DNA of 31,394 bases from a virus (IMGVR_UViG_3300030372_000757:1-31394); one strand, 5' to 3'. Shown: positions 16,673 to 25,025, counted from the stretch's first letter. The notes: generated from the sequence alone by a model not told the origin. Program-made: numbers and translations.

Positions 16673-17194
16673 ATGATTAGATTTCCAAATAAAAAATATA
16701 AAACTATCTATGCTGATCCAGCATGGAATGAAGCTGGAGCTGGTAAAGTGAAAAGAGGTGCTGACAGGCATTATCCTTTAATGAAAACAAAAGATATTAA
16801 AGAACTGCCTGTTCAAGATATTGCTGATAATGATTGTTGGCTTTATATGTGGGTAACTAATAATTTTTTAAAAGATGGTTTAGAAGTTATGGAGCATTGG
16901 GGTTTTAGATACATAACAAATTTAGTTTGGGCTAAGACTGATTTTTCTCCAAGTTCTTTTGGGTTAGGCTATTATTTTAGAGGGCAACATGAAATATGCT
17001 TGTTTGGGATAAAAGGTAAATTAGAGCCATTGGTTAAAAGCGAAAGCACTTTAATATTAAAACCAAAGACTATCCATTCTAAAAAGCCAATAGAATTTTA
17101 TGAGAAGATTGAAAGTGTATCACATGCTCCATATATAGAACTTTTTGCAAGAAACACAAGAGATGGTTGGGATTCATGGGGGAATGAAATATGA
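16673..17194 (+). CDS. MT-A70-family adenine methyltransferase
   Basis: IYADPAW, LYMWVTN, WGFRY, GYYFRGQHE, HSKKP, IELFAR, GWDSWGNE. Confidence 0.9.
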   Translation: MIRFPNKKYKTIYADPAWNEAGAGKVKRGADRHYPLMKTKDIKELPVQDIADNDCWLYMWVTNNFLKDGLEVMEHWGFRYITNLVWAKTDFSPSSFGLGYYFRGQHEICLFGIKGKLEPLVKSESTLILKPKTIHSKKPIEFYEKIESVSHAPYIELFARNTRDGWDSWGNEI

Positions 17195-17448
17195 TTAAGA
17201 AAACAGTAACTAAGCTGTGGCAAGGCAAGTATTGTAGTATCAGAGATTATGAACTTACAAAAGCAATCAAGAAAGGTGGGTTAATATTACACTACAAAGA
17301 CAAACAGATGATTATTTATCGAGATGAATTGACTAGATTAAAGCCAACTGGTAAGAAGATACAATCAAACTATAAAGGCAGTTATAGGTTGGTAGATATA
17401 CTGTTTAAGCCAGAGGTAGATGATTTAAAACAAAGTAAATTGTTTTGA
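17191..17448 (+). CDS. Hypothetical basic protein
   Basis: 4-nt overlaps with both methyltransferase genes. Confidence 0.65.
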   Translation: MIKKTVTKLWQGKYCSIRDYELTKAIKKGGLILHYKDKQMIIYRDELTRLKPTGKKIQSNYKGSYRLVDILFKPEVDDLKQSKLF

Positions 17449-18197
17449 ATATGCAGTTAATAGAAGGAGATTGTTTAGAGATACTGCCAACTCTAAAAGA
17501 TAAAAGTATTGATCTAATACTTACTGATCCACCTTATGGAACGACAGCTTGTAAATGGGATAGTATAATTCCATTTGAGCCAATGTGGAAAGAGTTAAAA
17601 AGAATTATAAAACAAAATGGAGCAATAGTATTATTTGGTAGTGAGCCTTATAGTTCATATTTAAGAACATCAAATATAAATTGGTTTAAATATGATTGGA
17701 TATGGGAGAAGCCTAGAGGAGTTAATTTTCTAAATTATAAATATCAACCTTCAAAAAATTATGAAATTGTATCTGTTTTTTCTGATGGAGCTACATCTTT
17801 TGTTAAAAATAATTCTAATTGTCCATATAATCCACAAATGACTAAAGGTAAGGCATATAATACAAGACAGGGAAAAGGTGGAGAAGCAATAGTTAGAGAG
17901 GGAAGTAGAATAGGAAAAAATATAATAACTAAAAACGAAGGTACAAGATATCCAAATGCAATACAAAAATTTAACTTTGATTTGGATAAATTACACCCAA
18001 CACAAAAACCAGTAGCTTTGTTAGAATATTTAATTAAAACCTACACAAAAGAAAATGAAACTGTTTTAGATTTTACAATGGGAAGTGGCTCTACAGGAGT
18101 AGCTTGTAAGCATTTAAATAGAAAGTTTATAGGTATTGAAAAAGACGAGAAGTATTTTAAGATTGCACAAGATAGGATTAATTTTATTTTATGTTGA
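17445..18197 (+). CDS. N6-adenine/N4-cytosine DNA methyltransferase (beta class)
   Basis: DPPY before HPTQKP and LDFTMGSGSTG. Confidence 0.93.
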   Translation: MNMQLIEGDCLEILPTLKDKSIDLILTDPPYGTTACKWDSIIPFEPMWKELKRIIKQNGAIVLFGSEPYSSYLRTSNINWFKYDWIWEKPRGVNFLNYKYQPSKNYEIVSVFSDGATSFVKNNSNCPYNPQMTKGKAYNTRQGKGGEAIVREGSRIGKNIITKNEGTRYPNAIQKFNFDLDKLHPTQKPVALLEYLIKTYTKENETVLDFTMGSGSTGVACKHLNRKFIGIEKDEKYFKIAQDRINFILC

Positions 18198-18230
18198 AAT
18201 AATTTTATTTTTACCTTATAAAAGGTATAT

Positions 18231-18614
18231 ATGCCTAAAATAGTCAACAAAACAGAAGAAAACGCAAGAATGGTAGTTCATTTATCTGGGCTTGGATTAC
18301 CACATGAGCAGATATGTTCTATCTTAAACATATCAAAGCCATCTCTTTATAAATATTATGATGAAGAACTCATTAAAGGCAAAGCTACTGCTAATGCTCA
18401 AATATCAGAAAATCTTTTTAAGATAGCAACAGGAACAGGCAGAGAAGCTGTAACAGCATGTATATTTTGGTTAAAAACTCAAGCTAGATGGACTGAGAAA
18501 CAAGTATTGGAGATTCAAGATGGCACAGAGCAAGATGACAAGTTCAAGGAACTTATCACAGACATTCAAAGAGCTAAACTCACAGAAAAAGACAGCGACA
18601 CTACTATTAACTGA
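18231..18614 (+). CDS. terS: Terminase small subunit
   Basis: N-terminal HTH, EL..GK..AN...LF..A, A.IFWLK...W motif; overlaps terL. Confidence 0.8.
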   Translation: MPKIVNKTEENARMVVHLSGLGLPHEQICSILNISKPSLYKYYDEELIKGKATANAQISENLFKIATGTGREAVTACIFWLKTQARWTEKQVLEIQDGTEQDDKFKELITDIQRAKLTEKDSDTTIN

Positions 18615-19803
18615 TTGGTATACCAAAGCCAGAAAGAATCAAATAGTTGTTGATGAAGATGACTATAATATACAATTATTTTTAGCTGGTAGAGGTTGGG
18701 GAAAAACAAAATGTGGAGCTATGGATATAATCCAATATTGTTTATTAAATTCAAATGTTATTTGTGGTGTTATTGCTCCAACACATGGAGATTTAAGAAA
18801 GATATGTTTTCAAGGTGAATCTGGAATATTGTCTGTATTGGATAAAGACTTACTAGCTGAATCTGGATATAACAAGTCAGAAAGTGAGATAACCTTCCAA
18901 AATAACTCAAAAATCTTAGGACTGCCAGCGATTGAGCCAGACAGGTTGCGTGGTGTTCAGTTTCATAGAGCTTGGTGCGATGAACTTGCGTCTTGGCGAT
19001 ATAGGGAAACATTTGACAACTTAATGATGGCTTTGCGACTTGGAGAATCTCCTAAATGTATTATTACCACAACTCCTAGACCAACAGAGCTTATCAAAGA
19101 ATTAGCAGTTAGATCAGACACCAAAATAATTAAAGGAAATACCTTTGAGAATATAGATAACCTTGCACCATCAGCTATTAAAATGCTTAAAGAAAGATAT
19201 GAAGGCACAAGGCTTGGGCGACAAGAACTTTACGCAGAAATATTAGAAGATATAGAAGGTGCATTGTTTCATTCTGCTAACATAGACCAGAACAGAATAG
19301 AAATTACACCAGACATGCAACGCATTGTTATTGCTGTTGATCCAGCAGTTACAGCTAATTCTAATTCTGATGAAACAGGAATTATTGTTGCTGGTAGAGG
19401 TGTTGATAATCATTTTTACATTTTAGAAGACAAATCTGGTGTATTTAGCCCAGATGTTTGGATAAAAAGGGCAATAGAGTTGTATTATAAGTTTGACGCA
19501 GATAGAATAGTTTGTGAAGTCAACAATGGTGGCGACTTAATAGAAAAGTTGTTAAGGGTGCAAGATGTTAATATACCTTATTCATCTGTTAGGGCGACAA
19601 GGGGAAAGATGTTAAGAGCAGAGCCAATAAGTGCATTATATGAGCAAGGGAAAGTTCACCATGTGGGATATTTTAAGGGGTTGGAAGAACAAATGTGTAG
19701 TTACACACCAGATACAGTAAAAAGCCCAGACAGATTAGACGCACTTGTTTGGGGAATTACATCATTGATGAACTCTGGCAAAGCAATTTTTAGAATCAGT
19801 TGA
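18520..19803 (+). CDS. terL: Terminase large subunit
   Basis: AGRGWGKT, AWCDE, TTTP, VIAVDPA, SPDRLDALVW; start may be 18535. Confidence 0.95.
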   Translation: MAQSKMTSSRNLSQTFKELNSQKKTATLLLTDWYTKARKNQIVVDEDDYNIQLFLAGRGWGKTKCGAMDIIQYCLLNSNVICGVIAPTHGDLRKICFQGESGILSVLDKDLLAESGYNKSESEITFQNNSKILGLPAIEPDRLRGVQFHRAWCDELASWRYRETFDNLMMALRLGESPKCIITTTPRPTELIKELAVRSDTKIIKGNTFENIDNLAPSAIKMLKERYEGTRLGRQELYAEILEDIEGALFHSANIDQNRIEITPDMQRIVIAVDPAVTANSNSDETGIIVAGRGVDNHFYILEDKSGVFSPDVWIKRAIELYYKFDADRIVCEVNNGGDLIEKLLRVQDVNIPYSSVRATRGKMLRAEPISALYEQGKVHHVGYFKGLEEQMCSYTPDTVKSPDRLDALVWGITSLMNSGKAIFRIS

Positions 19804-19813
19804 GGATTATATA

Positions 19814-22021
19814 ATGGGATTATTTGATAGATTCAGAAAACAAACAGAGCAGATTCAAACCAAAGAAGCTCCAAGAGTGCTGTTTAACAAGATACAAGCA
19901 TATCAAGGCAAGAACAATAGAAAGTACAAAGACTATGCCAAAGAAGGTTATCAAGAGAACGCAATCGTCTATAAATGCGTATCTATGATTGCTAACAACG
20001 CAAGTGCAGTTAATATAAAAGTATTTGCTGGAGAGAACGAACTAGATTCCCACCCATTAATTTCTTTGTTAGCCAGACCAAATCCTTTGCAATCTGGAGT
20101 GGAGTATTTTCATTCATTGATTAGTTATCTATTAATATCTGGCAACTCTTATATGATTAAAGATAAAGACACAACTGCACCCACAGAATTATATTTGCTT
20201 AGACCAGACAGGATTCATATCAAGACAGGGACATCTATGATTCCAGAAGCCTATCAATACAAGATTGATAATAAGGTAATTAATTCATACCAAGTCAATC
20301 CATTAACAGGTTATTCACAGCTTAAACACATCAAGCTCTGGAATCCATTAGATGATTTTTATGGGTTATCTCCTATTGTTGCGTCAGCTTATAACATTGA
20401 CCAGCACAACTTGGCTGGATTGCACAATGTAGGATTATTGAAAAATGGTTGTACTCCATCTGCTATGTTGAAGTTTCAACCCACAGATGAAACAGGTGCG
20501 TCTGCAACTTTGACAGATGACCAGAGGGCTATGTTGCTCCAAGACTTGGAAACAAGATTTTCTTCTAGTACAAATGCTGGGCGACCAATGTTGCTTGAAG
20601 GCGACTTTGATTATGTCCAAATGGGATTAAATCCAAAGGATATGGATTTTCTTGAATTGATGAATATGTCAGCCAGAGAGATTGCGTTGTGTTTTGGTGT
20701 ACCAGCTCAATTAGTTGGTATTGCAGATCAGACATATGCCAATGTCGCAGAAGCTAGATTATCGTTATATGAAGAAACTATTATACCTTTACTGCAACGA
20801 CTAGAATCAGATTTAAATGAATACTTAGCTCCACTTTATGATGGGGATTTAAGTATTAGATATGACATAGATTCTATTCCAGCAATGGCAGAGAAACGCA
20901 AACAGATTTATGCCAATGTTAGTCAAGGAGTGCAACAAGGTATCTTGACCAGAAACGAAGCTAGAGAACGACTAGGACTTGAGCCAATAGATGGTGGCGA
21001 TAGCTTATTAGTACCTTCAAACTTATTCCCATTGGGCGAGGTAGATGATTCTCCACCTTCACAGCCAGACGAAGATGAAGATGAATCTAAGTTTTATGAA
21101 GATGAATGGGAAGAACTTTATGGAAAAGATACAGAGGAAAAGTACCACGATCCGAAAAAGAAAAAGAAGCCAAAGAAAAGAAAAGAAATGTTGGAAGAAG
21201 ATGTGTTTGATAATGAGCAAGAAGCATTGGATAGAGCCGAAGTAATTGGTTGTACTGGCACACATACAATGGATAAAGATGGGCAGACTGTTTATATGCC
21301 TTGTTCTACCCACGCAGAATATGATGAACTGGTTGGAGAGAAAGCCTTAGATGATTTAGATTTAACAGCCACCGAAGGCATGAAAGAAGAAGCTAGGAGA
21401 GGGCTGGACTGGCGAAAAAAGTTCAATAGGGGTGGCACTCAAGTGGGTGTTGCTCGAGCAAATCAAATCGTAAGTGGTGAAAGAATGTCGCCAGATACAG
21501 TTTTAAGAATGTTCTCATTTTTTTCCAGACATGAAGTCGATAAGCAAGGTCAAGGATTTAAGCCAAGTCAAAAAGGTTATCCAAGTGCTGGAAGAATAGC
21601 TTGGTCATTATGGGGTGGTGATTCTGGATTTAGCTGGTCAAGGCAGAAAAGAAATCAGATTATGGCAGAAAGAGAAAAGTCATTTGATGATAGGGAAATA
21701 AAAGGTGCATATGGCTTGACAGACGCAGTAGAAAAAGGGTTGCGTGAAAAGGTCAAAGAGCATAACGAAAAGCATGGAGATAAAAAGGGAAAGCGAGTAA
21801 ATCTTAGAATGTTAGCTTCATCTTTTAAAAGAGGGGTGGGTGCATACAGGAATAATCCACAATCTGTTAGACCAAGTGTTAGAGCAAGTGGTGGTGAGGA
21901 CAGATGGGCATATGCTCGTGTTAATGCTCTATTATATGCAGTTAGAACAGGTAAATTTAGAAGTGGCAAGTTTGATTTAGACTTGTTGCCAAGAGACCAC
22001 CCATTATCATCAAAGGATTAG
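19814..22021 (+). CDS. HK97-family portal protein with a long C-terminal extension
   Basis: LLARPNP, LLISGNSY, GLSP, NAGRPMLLE, IALCFGVP, TRNEARERLGL within the first ~410 aa, then ~325 extra aa. Confidence 0.93.
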   Translation: MGLFDRFRKQTEQIQTKEAPRVLFNKIQAYQGKNNRKYKDYAKEGYQENAIVYKCVSMIANNASAVNIKVFAGENELDSHPLISLLARPNPLQSGVEYFHSLISYLLISGNSYMIKDKDTTAPTELYLLRPDRIHIKTGTSMIPEAYQYKIDNKVINSYQVNPLTGYSQLKHIKLWNPLDDFYGLSPIVASAYNIDQHNLAGLHNVGLLKNGCTPSAMLKFQPTDETGASATLTDDQRAMLLQDLETRFSSSTNAGRPMLLEGDFDYVQMGLNPKDMDFLELMNMSAREIALCFGVPAQLVGIADQTYANVAEARLSLYEETIIPLLQRLESDLNEYLAPLYDGDLSIRYDIDSIPAMAEKRKQIYANVSQGVQQGILTRNEARERLGLEPIDGGDSLLVPSNLFPLGEVDDSPPSQPDEDEDESKFYEDEWEELYGKDTEEKYHDPKKKKKPKKRKEMLEEDVFDNEQEALDRAEVIGCTGTHTMDKDGQTVYMPCSTHAEYDELVGEKALDDLDLTATEGMKEEARRGLDWRKKFNRGGTQVGVARANQIVSGERMSPDTVLRMFSFFSRHEVDKQGQGFKPSQKGYPSAGRIAWSLWGGDSGFSWSRQKRNQIMAEREKSFDDREIKGAYGLTDAVEKGLREKVKEHNEKHGDKKGKRVNLRMLASSFKRGVGAYRNNPQSVRPSVRASGGEDRWAYARVNALLYAVRTGKFRSGKFDLDLLPRDHPLSSKD

Positions 22022-22024
22022 CTT

Positions 22025-22426
22025 ATGTTTAAATTTGGAAAAGGCTCATTAGAAAAATTAGATACAGTACACCCAGACTTAAAGTTAGTTATGAAAGAAG
22101 TTATCAAGCTAACACCGATTGATTTTGGTATTACAGAGGGCATAAGAAGTCCAGAAAGAGCCGAACAACTTAAAGCTGAAGGTCTTAGCAAAGCTGGAGC
22201 TAAGTCATTGCATTGTCAAGGCAAGGCTGTTGATATTGTTTGTTACAATGGTGGCAAGATAACTTGGGAGCTAGAATTTTATGAAGCTGTTGCTGGAGTG
22301 GTTGGAGAAGTTTGCGAAGTCCTAGATATTAAAATAAGATGGGGTGGTAGCTGGGTAACAGGAGATTTCAAATTGAATAGGGATATGAACTTTATAGACG
22401 CAGTTCACTTTGAAATAATTGAGTAA
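22025..22426 (+). CDS. M15-family peptidase endolysin (L-Ala-D-Glu type)
   Basis: VHPDL, EGIRS, SLH..G.AVD, IRWGG.W, D..HFE zinc motifs. Confidence 0.88.
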   Translation: MFKFGKGSLEKLDTVHPDLKLVMKEVIKLTPIDFGITEGIRSPERAEQLKAEGLSKAGAKSLHCQGKAVDIVCYNGGKITWELEFYEAVAGVVGEVCEVLDIKIRWGGSWVTGDFKLNRDMNFIDAVHFEIIE

Positions 22427-23199
22427 TGTCAAAAATTAGGATTAACAGACGAAAAGATTACAGAGAACAATTAAAACTATATCTTAATCTTTCTAAAAGT
22501 CTAAATGCTAAAACTAAAAAATTATTAAGAAAAACAGCCAGAATAGCAGAACGAGAGTTTATTGAGTTTGGTGATATGTATTATGTTTTCTTAGAAGATT
22601 TTTCTAATGATTTATATAAAATATTATCAACACATTATCGTTCAGTTATTACCACCACCAACGAAAGATTAATTAAGCAGAGAGAAACCAAGCAAGAAGA
22701 AGAGATAGATATTATTGTTGCCACTTATATTGCAGAAGTAACAGCCAATAAAGTTGCTGATATATCGCAAACCACAAGAAAACAATTAAGACAAGCGATA
22801 AAGAAAGGAATTGCAGATGGTTTATCTATACCACAAATAGCAAAACTGATCCGACAAAACAGGTCTTTTGCACCTTATCGAGCTACTATGATTGCTAGAA
22901 CTGAAACGCATTCTGCTATGAATTATGCCAATCATGAAATATCTGGAAAGTTAGGATTAAATAGACCTGTAAAAGAATGGAATAGTGCCTTAGATGACAG
23001 AACTAGGGCTTGGCACAGGGGTATGAATGGCACAACTGTCAGCCGAGATGATATGTTTAAAGTTATGACACCGATTGCTGGTGGTGGATTTGTAGAAAAA
23101 AGAATGAATTACACAGGCGATATGAATGGTGGTGCTTTAAATGTCATAAATTGTCGGTGTTTTACCCTATATTATGATTCTGAAGATGAAATAATTTAA
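22426..23199 (+). CDS. Head morphogenesis / minor head protein (SPP1 gp7 / Mu gpF-like)
   Basis: RATMIARTE, KEW...DDRTR.WH, INCRC. Confidence 0.9.
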   Translation: MSKIRINRRKDYREQLKLYLNLSKSLNAKTKKLLRKTARIAEREFIEFGDMYYVFLEDFSNDLYKILSTHYRSVITTTNERLIKQRETKQEEEIDIIVATYIAEVTANKVADISQTTRKQLRQAIKKGIADGLSIPQIAKLIRQNRSFAPYRATMIARTETHSAMNYANHEISGKLGLNRPVKEWNSALDDRTRAWHRGMNGTTVSRDDMFKVMTPIAGGGFVEKRMNYTGDMNGGALNVINCRCFTLYYDSEDEII

Positions 23200-23221
23200 A
23201 TTAATTTTAAATACCTAAACA

Positions 23222-23234
23222 AATCAAACACTTA
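23222..23234 (+). promoter_or_regulatory. IHF-consensus site AATCAAACACTTA
   Basis: Matches WATCAANNNNTTR; conserved with copy A. Confidence 0.65.
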
Positions 23235-23259
23235 CAACCACATTTATTTATATATATAT

Positions 23260-23288
23260 TTGACATATATATAATTATTATATATACT
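23260..23288 (+). promoter_or_regulatory. Sigma70 promoter B: TTGACA-N17-TATACT
   Basis: Same hexamers and spacing as promoter A. Confidence 0.88.
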
Positions 23289-23315
23289 TTATATATAAGT
23301 TAATAACAACTTATA

Positions 23316-23343
23316 TAAAAACTTAAATAGGAGCAAGAAAATG
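23316..23343 (+). repeat. Start-associated repeat TAAAAACTTAAATAGGAGCAAGAAAATG
   Basis: 27/28 identical to 23558..23585. Confidence 0.9.
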
Positions 23344-23556
23344 AGCAAAGTACAAAAATTTTTAGAAAAAGTAAAAAATTGTAATTTATCAAAAGTAGAA
23401 AATAGCAATTTAGAAAAGCTAAATGATAATTTGCATTTAATTAATACAATATCAAAAACATCTGAAAGAGTTAATGTAGAAAAAGTTCAAAATTTAGTAC
23501 ATATAGAAATGTACAAAAGGGGTTGTTTTGATGTAGTAAAGCCAAAAAATATATAA
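23341..23556 (+). CDS. Hypothetical protein (cassette B gene 1)
   Basis: Strong RBS within the repeat. Confidence 0.7.
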   Translation: MSKVQKFLEKVKNCNLSKVENSNLEKLNDNLHLINTISKTSERVNVEKVQNLVHIEMYKRGCFDVVKPKNI

Positions 23557-23557
23557 A

Positions 23558-23585
23558 TAAAAACTTAAACAGGAGCAAGAAAATG
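23558..23585 (+). repeat. Start-associated repeat TAAAAACTTAAACAGGAGCAAGAAAATG
   Basis: 27/28 identical to 23316..23343. Confidence 0.9.
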
Positions 23586-23846
23586 AAAACTTTAGAATGG
23601 AATGAAAAAGATTTAAAAGAAATAACAAGGCTTAGATTAGTAAGTGATGTTGGACACCCTTGCTGGGATATATCATATTGTTGGGGTATAGATACTGATG
23701 GAAATAAGGTAAGAGTTATTTTACCTTTTGAACAAGTTAGAAAAGGCAAAGGAAACATACATAAAACTATTATAGAACATGCAAAAAAAGATAAGGTTTT
23801 TGCTAAAGGTCTTAATATATTTAATGTAATTTCTTGCTTTCAATAA
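23583..23846 (+). CDS. Hypothetical protein (cassette B gene 2)
   Basis: Strong RBS within the repeat; RLRLVSD..HPCWDISYCWG. Confidence 0.75.
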   Translation: MKTLEWNEKDLKEITRLRLVSDVGHPCWDISYCWGIDTDGNKVRVILPFEQVRKGKGNIHKTIIEHAKKDKVFAKGLNIFNVISCFQ

Positions 23847-23848
23847 AC

Positions 23849-23873
23849 TAACAGGGAGCAGAAATGCTCCCAC
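23849..23873 (+). repeat. 25-bp repeat with GGGAGCA-GAAA-TGCTCCC hairpin, copy B
   Basis: Exact inverted copy of 11121..11145. Confidence 0.92.
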
Positions 23874-23890
23874 AACATTAGGAGATACAA

Positions 23891-24070
23891 ATGAAAGATT
23901 GGATTAACATTAAAGAAGTTAGAAAAAAAGTTAAAGAAAAAATTGGAAATTCAGTAATTGTTAATAAAAGCAATTCTCAAGTTATGCAGATTGCTTATGA
24001 AAATAATATTGTGTCTGCAAATGATATGCACATTTGGGATATTCAAGAACAATGCAGAATTGGACATTAA
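23891..24070 (+). CDS. 59-aa hypothetical protein (cassette B gene 3); not in the ORF track
   Basis: AGGAG RBS; MKDWINIKEVRKKVKEKIG...QEQCRIGH*. Confidence 0.65.
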   Translation: MKDWINIKEVRKKVKEKIGNSVIVNKSNSQVMQIAYENNIVSANDMHIWDIQEQCRIGH

Positions 24071-24098
24071 TTTTAACAGTTAGAAGGAGTATTTTAAT

Positions 24099-24218
24099 AT
24101 GATAGATAAACACAACCAACATGAAGAATATATGACAGGCTGGGAAATTGTGGCAAGTATCTTGTTATTTGCTATGATATTGGGAACATGCTGGTTATTT
24201 TTATTGATAACTTATTAA
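24099..24218 (+). CDS. 39-aa membrane peptide (cassette B gene 4); not in the ORF track
   Basis: AAGGAG RBS; MIDKHNQHEEYMTGWEIVASILLFAMILGTCWLFLLITY*. Confidence 0.62.
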   Translation: MIDKHNQHEEYMTGWEIVASILLFAMILGTCWLFLLITY

Positions 24219-24241
24219 AGATTTAAACTTGCTAAAGTTTT

Positions 24242-24280
24242 GGTGTGGAGTTTTTGCTAATTCTCTGCACCTTTTTTTTT
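24242..24280 (+). terminator. Intrinsic terminator closing cassette B
   Basis: GGTGTGGAG...CTCTGCACC stem (two G-U pairs) followed by T9. Confidence 0.72.
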
Positions 24281-24282
24281 GC

Positions 24283-24312
24283 TTGTAATTAATGCTCAAG
24301 TATTGCTATCAT
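24283..24312 (+). promoter_or_regulatory. Candidate promoter for the capsid genes
   Basis: TTGTAA-N18-TATCAT with an extended TG, just after the terminator. Confidence 0.35.
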
Positions 24313-24345
24313 AAAGGAACTTTTACTTGACAAGGAATTTAAGTT

Positions 24346-25014
24346 ATGTCTGATGAACATTTTGAAATAGTGAATGATGTTTTAGACCTTGAATGTGATT
24401 ATAAAGGTATTGATACAGAGGAAGATGGTAGCTTTGAAGGCTATGCTTCTGTATTCGGCAATAAAGATTTAGGTAATGATGTTATCAAACAAGGTGCATT
24501 TGCCAAATCAATCTACGACAAGAAACCCAAACAAATTAAACTGCTGTATCAGCACAAGACTGATGAGCCTATTGGTGTAATTGATTCTCTGGAAGAAGAT
24601 AAGCGAGGATTAAAGATCAAAGGCAGACTTGCTATGGGAACACAGAAAGGCAAGGAAGTGTATGAGCTGATGAAGATGGGTGCATTAGATTCTATGTCAA
24701 TCGGCTATAGGCTAAAACCAGAAGATTACAAATATAGCGATAAGTTAAAGAAAAGAACAATTACGAATTTGGATTTAATGGAAATATCAATGGTAACTTT
24801 TCCAATGAATCCAAAAGCTAAGATTACGAAAGTTAAATTAGCTGAAATGAATGTGAGAGAGATAGAACATTACTTGCGTGATGTGGGATTAATGTCTAGT
24901 TCTGTTGCAAAACAAAGTGCTAACATATTATATAAATCATTTAACCCAGAGGTGAATGAGCAACGAGATGTTGTCGATAGTATTAAGCATTTGATTGAAA
25001 CAATTAAACATTAA
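24346..25014 (+). CDS. HK97-family prohead protease
   Basis: FEGYASVF, LLYQH, PIG, MSIGY, EISMVTFPMN. Confidence 0.95.
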   Translation: MSDEHFEIVNDVLDLECDYKGIDTEEDGSFEGYASVFGNKDLGNDVIKQGAFAKSIYDKKPKQIKLLYQHKTDEPIGVIDSLEEDKRGLKIKGRLAMGTQKGKEVYELMKMGALDSMSIGYRLKPEDYKYSDKLKKRTITNLDLMEISMVTFPMNPKAKITKVKLAEMNVREIEHYLRDVGLMSSSVAKQSANILYKSFNPEVNEQRDVVDSIKHLIETIKH

Positions 25015-25025
25015 TGGAGTTTATT

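Noticed and set aside
16673-18197. Complete restriction-modification system
   Set aside because: The 85-aa middle ORF shows no PD-(D/E)xK, HNH or GIY-YIG motif.
18194-18222. TTGAAA-N17-TATAAA promoter giving a near-leaderless terS transcript
   Set aside because: Plausible, but such matches are common at this AT content and there is no independent support.
23196-23210. TTAA-N7-TTAA CtrA-like box
   Set aside because: Expected by chance in this very AT-rich stretch, and the spacing is not conserved in the twin promoter.
23316-23585. 28-bp direct repeats as a CRISPR array or integron attC sites
   Set aside because: They are separated by a whole gene, contain the RBS and start codon, lack attC palindromic structure, and no cas or integrase gene is present.
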